Assembly (NCBI GenBank): GCA_016181305.1
Contig: JACOZN010000014.1
Coordinates: 1-51,533, forward strand
Direction: 5' to 3'
DNA length: 51,533 nucleotides
Source: Candidatus Woesearchaeota archaeon
GTDB lineage: Archaea; Nanobdellota; Nanobdellia; Woesearchaeales; GW2011-AR4
Shown: positions 45,086-51,533 of the stretch, one piece after another
Numbering within the stretch: position 1 is the stretch's first letter
How the letters are laid out: the number at the start of each line of letters is the position of its first letter
Notes under the pieces: generated by a model
Told to the model about the DNA's origin: nothing
The model's input: only the letters and a program-made list of their open reading frames with translations
Databases searched by the model: none
Translations under genes and position numbers: made by a program

Positions 45086-45213
45086 AGGGCAAAAAAATGC
45101 AAGACATTATATAAAGATTTTGGAAATTTTAAAACTATGGTTAAAATATCAGAACACAAAAAGGCAGCTAATTTATTGGATTTAGTTTTCTATCGCGAGT
45201 AAAAATAATTGTG

Positions 45214-46332
45214 CTATCTCACTGAACTTGGATGTCGAATCCCGCCAGGAAGATATAACAGATCCCATCCGATATTACTGGCAGTGATGTCCACGCCAGC
45301 ACCCGGGGCTTTTATTAAAATGGGGTATTCTTTATAACGTGTTGAATAAATTTCTATTTGATTCAAAGTCCCCTTAAGCCTTCCAAGATCGCTATCTTTT
45401 GGGACCTCTTTGAGGGAAAGCTCTACTTTTGGTGTTCCACTGTCAACCTCCATTACTGCGGGATATCTGAGCACCATGCCCCTTTCACGAGCCTTTACGA
45501 TTCTTTCAGCAAACATTTCATCCAGTTCTCCTTTGGCCCTTTCCATAAAATCTTCTATACTTTCTCCGGCAACAAAATATTCCTTTGGAATAAAAGGGTC
45601 CATTTTGATATCTTCTAAACCTACATTATAACCTGCTGTTCTTGCCAGAACAATAACCTTTCTTGCCACGTCCAATCCATTAAGATCTTCCCTTGGATCA
45701 GGCTCTGTATAACGCCCTCTCGCTTCTGCAAGAGCTTCAGAAAATTTTATTTCTTCCATCCTCCAAGGTATATAATTAAGTGTGCCTGAAAAACATCCCT
45801 CTATTTTATGCAATCTATCGCCTAAATATAGTGAATCACGCAAAAAATCTACTGCCCCTGCACCAGCCATGACAGAGCACCTATAACCATACATCGTGGG
45901 GTCTTCTGTAAGCTGCTTGAAGACAGCATAATGGGACAAGGCAGTTGGATTTTTATTTGCGGTTGCTATGCCATAATGTGTCCTTCCAAGCACCTCTAAA
46001 TGAAAGTGTGTCATTGGTTGAATAGCGTTGGTAGCATCTACAAAAACAAGCCTGCTAGAATTTTGGCGATAGTTTCTATCAACATCCTCAACAAGCTCTC
46101 CAAGGTTTATAAATCTTTGAGTACCTTGGTAGTTTTTGGCTCTAAAAGAAGCTATTTGCTGCTTGGAAAGCCCCTCTGGAGAGAAAACAAAATTAGTCTT
46201 TGAAGCCAAACCAACTATTCTTTCAAACTGCCCGGGGTTACAAGGATTAACGCCGCCATTCTCTAAAATCTGATTGATAAAAGTTCCCCCTACATTTCCG
46301 GTAGCGCCGATTATAAATAAATCCTGAATCAT
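45214..46332 (-). CDS. hom: Homoserine dehydrogenase (monofunctional, ThrA/MetL-domain-like)
   Basis: Rossmann IIGATGNVG, ATANKN, GCFSGTLNYI, YTEPDPREDLNGLDVARK, GAGVDITA. Confidence 0.85.
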   Translation of the reverse strand: MIQDLFIIGATGNVGGTFINQILENGGVNPCNPGQFERIVGLASKTNFVFSPEGLSKQQIASFRAKNYQGTQRFINLGELVEDVDRNYRQNSSRLVFVDATNAIQPMTHFHLEVLGRTHYGIATANKNPTALSHYAVFKQLTEDPTMYGYRCSVMAGAGAVDFLRDSLYLGDRLHKIEGCFSGTLNYIPWRMEEIKFSEALAEARGRYTEPDPREDLNGLDVARKVIVLARTAGYNVGLEDIKMDPFIPKEYFVAGESIEDFMERAKGELDEMFAERIVKARERGMVLRYPAVMEVDSGTPKVELSLKEVPKDSDLGRLKGTLNQIEIYSTRYKEYPILIKAPGAGVDITASNIGWDLLYLPGGIRHPSSVR

Positions 46333-46404
46333 AGCCCGTTGTTTTGGCTATGTTTTTATAAATGTTACTAATTTTGAGTAGCAAAGTAAAGGCAGAAAGC
46401 ATAA

Positions 46405-47484
46405 TTACTTCAGATACCCCTTCACCTTCAGCAGCTCTGCCAGCAGTATTGCTCCGCCAGCAGCGCCCCTAATGGTATTGTGCGACAATGCAACGAATTT
46501 CCAGCCAAATAAGCTGTCTTTTCTGAGCCTTCCAAATGTTATTCCCATGCCATGCTCAAAATCCCTGTCAAGCCTTGTCTGTGGGCGGTTCTCATCTGCA
46601 ATGTACTTAATAAATTGCTCTGGAGCACTGGGCAAATGCAGACGTGCAATAGGATTTTTATAGCCTTCAACTGCTTTTATGAACTGCTTTTCAGTTATTT
46701 TCCTGCCTAACTGGATTTCAACGCTTGCCATGTGCCCGTCTTCAACTGGCACTCTTATGCATGTCGCGGATATTTCAGGAATTTTTGCCAATATCAATTT
46801 CCCGTTTGCAATTTTTCCCAGTATTTTCATCGGCTCTTTCTCTGATTTTTCCTCCTCATTTTTTATGAATGGCATTACATTGCCTTCCATTTCAGGCCAC
46901 GCTTCCAATGTCTTGCCTGCTCCTGAAACAGCCTGCAGCGTTGTAACTATGACTTTCCTTGGCTTGAACCTTTCCAGTGCCCTGATTATCGGAACGTATG
47001 ACTGAATCGAGCAGTTTGGCTTGACAGCTATAAAACCCCTTTTCCACTTTCTTTTCCTGCGCTGAATATCAATCAACTTCACATGCTCTGGATTAATCTC
47101 CGGGATGGCCATAGGTACATCTTCTGTCCATCTGTGCGCAGAGTTGTTTGACACAACAGGAATGCCTCTTGAAGCATAAGCTTCCTCTATCGCCTGTATT
47201 TTTTGCTTGTCCATGTCAAGCGCTGAAAACACAAAATCAACTTGTCTGCATATTTCATCAATATCTTCTTCAACTCTTCTTACAATCAGCTTGCCAATAT
47301 CCTCAGGAACTTCAGTCTGCATTTTCCACCTGCCTTTTACAGCCTCAGCATAAGTTTTCCCGGCAGAGCTTGGAGATGCAGCTGCACAAACCACTTCAAA
47401 CCATGTATGATTCTGAAGCAATTCAACAAACCTCTGCCCCACCATTCCGGTTGCGCCCAAAATCCCGGCTTTTAGCTTCACCAT
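46405..47484 (-). CDS. asd: Aspartate-semialdehyde dehydrogenase
   Basis: GILGATGMVGQRF, SNNSAHR, KPNCS, QAVSGAG, CIRVPV, HNTIRGAAGGA. Confidence 0.96.
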   Translation of the reverse strand: MVKLKAGILGATGMVGQRFVELLQNHTWFEVVCAAASPSSAGKTYAEAVKGRWKMQTEVPEDIGKLIVRRVEEDIDEICRQVDFVFSALDMDKQKIQAIEEAYASRGIPVVSNNSAHRWTEDVPMAIPEINPEHVKLIDIQRRKRKWKRGFIAVKPNCSIQSYVPIIRALERFKPRKVIVTTLQAVSGAGKTLEAWPEMEGNVMPFIKNEEEKSEKEPMKILGKIANGKLILAKIPEISATCIRVPVEDGHMASVEIQLGRKITEKQFIKAVEGYKNPIARLHLPSAPEQFIKYIADENRPQTRLDRDFEHGMGITFGRLRKDSLFGWKFVALSHNTIRGAAGGAILLAELLKVKGYLK

Positions 47485-47486
47485 TT

Positions 47487-48803
47487 TTATCCAAAGTACT
47501 CCCTATGCAAAACTTTGACAGCTTTTTCCGCATCTTTGCCGTCTACAATAAAAGTGATATTGATTTGGGATGCCCCCTGCGATATCATCTCAACATTGAT
47601 GCCATCTTTTCCAAGCGTTGAAAAAGTTATGCCTGCAATTCCGGGTATTTGCCTCATGTTTTCGCCGACAACGCAGATTATTGCCTTGTTCTTTGCCATG
47701 TCAATATTGGCTATATCCTTTAATTTGCCCAAAATTGGCTCCAGATTGCCGTTGCCGTCTATTGTCAGCGACACGCTTACCTCGGATGTGGAGACGACAT
47801 CAACGCTTCTCTTGTGCTCGGCAAAAACATCAAAAAGCCTTGCCAGAAACCCGTATGCTCCAAGCATTCTTTTTGAGTCTACATTAATGCGGGTAACATT
47901 TTTCTTGCAGGCGATTGCCTTGACTGCCCTGTGGTTTTTGCCGGATTTTTTGAGTATGGTAGTGCCCTTGTTTTTCGGGTTAAATGAATTTAGCACCCTG
48001 ACTGGTATTCCCTTGTCCATTGCAGGCAGTATGGTTTTTGGATGCAGCACCTTGGCTCCAAAGTAAGCAAGCTCAGATGCCTCAGCAAACGATATTTTGT
48101 CAAGCGTCTTTGCGTTTTTGACTATCCTCGGGTCTGTTGACATAATCCCGTCAACATCAGTCCATATTTGAATCTCATCGGCATCAACCGCAGCGCCGAT
48201 AATTGCTGCCGTGTAGTCGGAGCCCCCCCTGCCCAGAGTTGTTATTTCGCCATTTTCAGTCTTTCCTATGAATCCAGTGATTACAGGAACAGCGTCAAGC
48301 TTTCTTATGCTGTTTTTTATCCTTGCATGCGATGCCTCAAGCGGCTCTGCGTTCCCAAATTCCGAGTTTGTCAAAAACCCCAAATCCCATGAGTCAAAAG
48401 CCCGTGCTTTAACTCCTATTTTATTGAGCTGAGCCGCAACAATTTTTGACGACATTCTCTCGCCAAATGACTGGAAGCAGTCAAGAAGCCTGCTGTCTGA
48501 CTTTTTATTCTTTGATTTTGATGCAAGATTTTCCAATTCTGCCATGTCATGCTCCAGCAATTCATTATTTAAACCCAATTGCCCAAGTATACCATAGTGT
48601 ATTTTTTTAATGTGCTCTAAAGCGGAATTTCCTTTTCCTTCTCGGCATTCATTTGCAAGCATTATCAATGCATCTGTCATTTTTGCCACTGCCGATACAA
48701 CCACAACAGGGCGCTTTTTTGCATTGGATTTGACTATCTTAGCAGTGTTTCTAATCCTTTCAGCACTTCCTACAGATGTCCCGCCGAATTTCATGATAAT
48801 CAT
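47487..48803 (-). CDS. lysC: Aspartate kinase
   Basis: MKFGGTSV, VVVVSA, SFGERMS, TLGRGGSDYTA, WTDVDG, two ACT domains. Confidence 0.96.
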   Translation of the reverse strand: MIIMKFGGTSVGSAERIRNTAKIVKSNAKKRPVVVVSAVAKMTDALIMLANECREGKGNSALEHIKKIHYGILGQLGLNNELLEHDMAELENLASKSKNKKSDSRLLDCFQSFGERMSSKIVAAQLNKIGVKARAFDSWDLGFLTNSEFGNAEPLEASHARIKNSIRKLDAVPVITGFIGKTENGEITTLGRGGSDYTAAIIGAAVDADEIQIWTDVDGIMSTDPRIVKNAKTLDKISFAEASELAYFGAKVLHPKTILPAMDKGIPVRVLNSFNPKNKGTTILKKSGKNHRAVKAIACKKNVTRINVDSKRMLGAYGFLARLFDVFAEHKRSVDVVSTSEVSVSLTIDGNGNLEPILGKLKDIANIDMAKNKAIICVVGENMRQIPGIAGITFSTLGKDGINVEMISQGASQINITFIVDGKDAEKAVKVLHREYFG

Positions 48804-49975
48804 TTCAAATGCCTCTTGATTCTTTCAGCAGCTTTCCTTGTTTCTTCCAGCGTCGGCACAAAGGCAAACCTTATGTAATTCCTGCCAGGATTAATCCCGT
48901 TAAAGTTCGTTGATACCCATTCGCCTGGTGTTACAACAACCGCTATGTCCTTCTGCAGCAGCCTCTTTGCAAATGCAACAGAATCCATGTTTTTTGGGGT
49001 TTTCTGCCAAAGGTAAAGAGTAGCCTCTGGACTGCAATCTTCTAAGCCAACTGACACCAATGCATCTACCAAAATGTCTCTTTTCTGTTTGTACTCACTC
49101 CTCATTTTCTCAACATGCTTTTCATCCCTTAATGCAGCTATTGCAGCATCCTGCACAAAAGTCGCTGTGCCTGAGTCTATGTTGGTTTTTAATTTTCTAA
49201 AGGCAGCTACAATATTCTCATCGCCTGCAACCCATCCGACCCTGTAGCCTGTCATCGCGCTTCTCTTTGACAATGAATTAACTGCAACAACACCTTCTTT
49301 TGAAAATTCAAGTATTGAATGCGGCTTTTTCCCAAAATAAATTTCTGTATAGCACTCGTCGCTTGCGACTATCATACCATTGTCATGCCCGAAGTCTATT
49401 GCCTCTTTGAAGAATTCTTCAGGCGCAACAGCTCCTGTTGGGTTGTTTGGGTAATTAATCCAGAGTATTTTTGATTTTTTGGCAATTTCCCTTGGTATGC
49501 TGCCCAAGTCCATAAGAAAATTATTTTCTTTCAGCAAAGGCACAAAATAAGGCTTGCCCTCTGCGAATAGCGTGCCCCTGTCATAAGGCGGATAGCCGGG
49601 GTTCGGCATTATTGCATAGTCTCCCGGATTTATGAATGCCTCGGGAAAGTTAAATACAGCCTCTTTTGCGCCTATTGTAGAGGTTATCTCCCGTTCATAA
49701 TTCAAACTTACGCCAAATCTTTTCTTATTCCATCTGGCAATTTCCCGCCTGAATTCATCAGTGCCAGTGTAACTGGGATAGCCTGAGCTTTTTCTTTTAT
49801 CAACTGCTTTTTTTATTGCGCTTCTGACTGCCTGAGGCGTTGCTTCTTTTGGATCTCCGACACCAAAGTCAATCGGGGTTATGCCTGCTTTCCTCAGCTT
49901 TGCAACCTCGTTGTCCACTTCCGCAAAGGCATAGCCTGCCAAGCCTGCCAATCTGTTTGAGATTTGTATTTTCAT
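48800..49975 (-). CDS. Diaminopimelate aminotransferase (LL-DAP aminotransferase-like), class I/II
   Basis: DFGVGDP, YPSYTG, NYPNNPTG, SDECY, SLSKRSAMTGYRVGW; substrate inferred from its position between lysA and lysC. Confidence 0.8.
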   Translation of the reverse strand: MKIQISNRLAGLAGYAFAEVDNEVAKLRKAGITPIDFGVGDPKEATPQAVRSAIKKAVDKRKSSGYPSYTGTDEFRREIARWNKKRFGVSLNYEREITSTIGAKEAVFNFPEAFINPGDYAIMPNPGYPPYDRGTLFAEGKPYFVPLLKENNFLMDLGSIPREIAKKSKILWINYPNNPTGAVAPEEFFKEAIDFGHDNGMIVASDECYTEIYFGKKPHSILEFSKEGVVAVNSLSKRSAMTGYRVGWVAGDENIVAAFRKLKTNIDSGTATFVQDAAIAALRDEKHVEKMRSEYKQKRDILVDALVSVGLEDCSPEATLYLWQKTPKNMDSVAFAKRLLQKDIAVVVTPGEWVSTNFNGINPGRNYIRFAFVPTLEETRKAAERIKRHLK

Positions 49976-49981
49976 TGGTTA

Positions 49982-51244
49982 TCACTTCAATTTTTTGGCG
50001 CCTGCAAACTCCAGCGTTGCAAAATAATCATTAACGCTTTCTGCCCTTCTTATTTGAATGACGCTTCCGTCTTCCCTTAAGAGCAACTCAGCAGAGCGCA
50101 GCTTTCCGTTATAGTTGAAGCCCATAGCAAAGCCATGCGCGCCTGTGTCATGAATAACCAAAATATCCCCAGGCACTATTTCAGGAAGATTTCTTTGTAT
50201 TGCAAACTTGTCGTTGTTCTCACACAATGAGCCAGTTACATCATAAACATGATTTTTTGGAGCATTTTCTTTTCCCAATACAGTGATGTGGTGGTATGCA
50301 CCATACATCCCGGGCCTCATTAGGTTTACCATGCTTGCATCTGTTCCGACATAATCCCTGTAAATGTGCTTTATGTGGTTAACTTTTGTAATAAGATAGC
50401 CGTACGGGCCCGTAATCACTCTGCCGCATTCAGTAAATATCCCGATAGGATGCAGATTGTTCTTTACAATTATCTCGTTATATGCCTTTTTAACTCCTTT
50501 CGCAATTCTTTCATAAGACACTGGCTCCTGCTCAGGCTTGTACGGAATGCCTATTCCCCCTCCGAGATTGACAAACTCTACTTTAGTGCCCGTCTTATTA
50601 TAAACTTCAACAGCTAGCTCAAACATCATTTTAGCAGTTTCTATAAAATAATCCTCATTCAGCTCATTGGATACTACCATAGTGTGCATTCCGAACCTTT
50701 TGACTCCCTTTGCCTTGGTTATTTTGTATGCTTCAATCATCTGCTCTCTTGTCAAGCCGTATTTTGCATCTTCAGGCTTTCCTATCAGCACATTGCCTCT
50801 TCTTGCAGGCCCCGGATTGTACCTGAAACATATAAGGTTAGGCAGTCCTGCAGCTTTCTCCAAAAACTCTATGTGGCTTATGTCATCAAGGTTTATTATT
50901 GCTCCAAGCTCTTTTGCCTTCACAAAGTCTTCTGCAGGCGTGTCATTTGAGCTAAACATTATTTCCTCTCCTTTAAAGCCCATCCTTTCTGCCATAACCA
51001 GCTCTGAAAATGAGCTGCAGTCCAATCCAAAGCCTTCCTGCTGCATGATTTTTAGGATGTATGGGTTTGGAGTTGCCTTTACCGCAAAGAACTGCTTAAA
51101 TCCTTCCAGGAGTCCAAAAGCTTTCAAAAAATTGCGTGCATTCTGCCGTATAGCTTTTTCATCGTAGATGTGAAAAGGCGTTGGATACTTTTTTATTGCT
51201 TCAAGTACCTTCTCTTTCCTGAACGGAAGAATCTTTTCAGCCAT
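49982..51244 (-). CDS. lysA: Diaminopimelate decarboxylase
   Basis: YPTPF, FFAVKATPN, DCSS, NLGGGIG, ECGRV, GSLCENND, GAHG.AMG.NYN. Confidence 0.95.
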   Translation of the reverse strand: MAEKILPFRKEKVLEAIKKYPTPFHIYDEKAIRQNARNFLKAFGLLEGFKQFFAVKATPNPYILKIMQQEGFGLDCSSFSELVMAERMGFKGEEIMFSSNDTPAEDFVKAKELGAIINLDDISHIEFLEKAAGLPNLICFRYNPGPARRGNVLIGKPEDAKYGLTREQMIEAYKITKAKGVKRFGMHTMVVSNELNEDYFIETAKMMFELAVEVYNKTGTKVEFVNLGGGIGIPYKPEQEPVSYERIAKGVKKAYNEIIVKNNLHPIGIFTECGRVITGPYGYLITKVNHIKHIYRDYVGTDASMVNLMRPGMYGAYHHITVLGKENAPKNHVYDVTGSLCENNDKFAIQRNLPEIVPGDILVIHDTGAHGFAMGFNYNGKLRSAELLLREDGSVIQIRRAESVNDYFATLEFAGAKKLK

Positions 51245-51245
51245 T

Positions 51246-51533
51246 TTACAGTATCTTCAAGTCAGCAAGAACTTTCCTCAGCTTTTCCCTGTTTTCAGCC
51301 TTCATCTCGCACATGGGCAGCCTGTAAGCCTCTTTAATCATTCCTTTCATAGCCAAGGCTGCTTTTATCGGTATGGGGTTTGTTTCAATGAAAATTCCCT
51401 TGAACAGCGGGAGCAGCCTGTAATGCAATTCCCGCGCTTTCTCAAGATTTCCTTTCAATGCATATTCACACATGTCGTGCATCTCTCTCGGTATTATGTT
51501 GCTTGCTACAGATATCACCCCTTTGCCGCCAAG
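51246..51533 (-). CDS. dapA: 4-hydroxy-tetrahydrodipicolinate synthase, 3' part (runs off the window)
   Basis: LGGKGVISVASN, LF.ETNPIPIKAAL, RLPM; open to the window end. Confidence 0.92.
   Translation of the reverse strand, partial: LGGKGVISVASNIIPREMHDMCEYALKGNLEKARELHYRLLPLFKGIFIETNPIPIKAALAMKGMIKEAYRLPMCEMKAENREKLRKVLADLKIL

Noticed and set aside
42720-51533. Plus-strand ORFs of 64-166 aa overlapping lysS and the lysine operon
   Set aside because: Antisense shadows of well-supported minus-strand genes.

Overview
Archaeal chromosomal segment. A DPANN/Woesearchaeota-like origin is my inference from the archaeal information-processing genes, class I LysRS, the style of the S-layer protein and many single ORFan insertions; I could not confirm it. 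In order it holds: a major S-layer gene; a frameshifted radical SAM-TRAM gene; a tail-to-tail RelE-like toxin/antitoxin pair behind nested inverted repeats; the GINS-L44e-S27e-aIF2alpha-Nop10-PAC2 cluster, interrupted by a membrane glycosyltransferase; eno, a DUF62 SAM hydrolase, gpmA and galT; a Hel308-like helicase reduced to its first RecA domain; prs-pfdA-ftsY; scpA; a tRNA cluster (intron-bearing tRNA-Val, irregular tRNA-Gly, tRNA-Gly remnant); scattered purine genes (purD, purF, two purP-family genes, purA, guaA); a NikR-nickel transporter-larE-larB-larC nickel-pincer cofactor cluster with no larA in the window; and a diaminopimelate lysine operon ending at lysS. The best leads are the orphan nickel-pincer pathway, a receiver-like/HAD fusion facing a glycerate kinase, a GT2-phosphoglycosyltransferase fusion, the convergent toxin-antitoxin pair and the tRNA anomalies. 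Several clean internal deletions (S-layer, radical SAM, ScpA, tRNA remnant) may be assembly artefacts, so read mapping is needed before treating them as biology. No CRISPR array, rRNA or transposase was seen.
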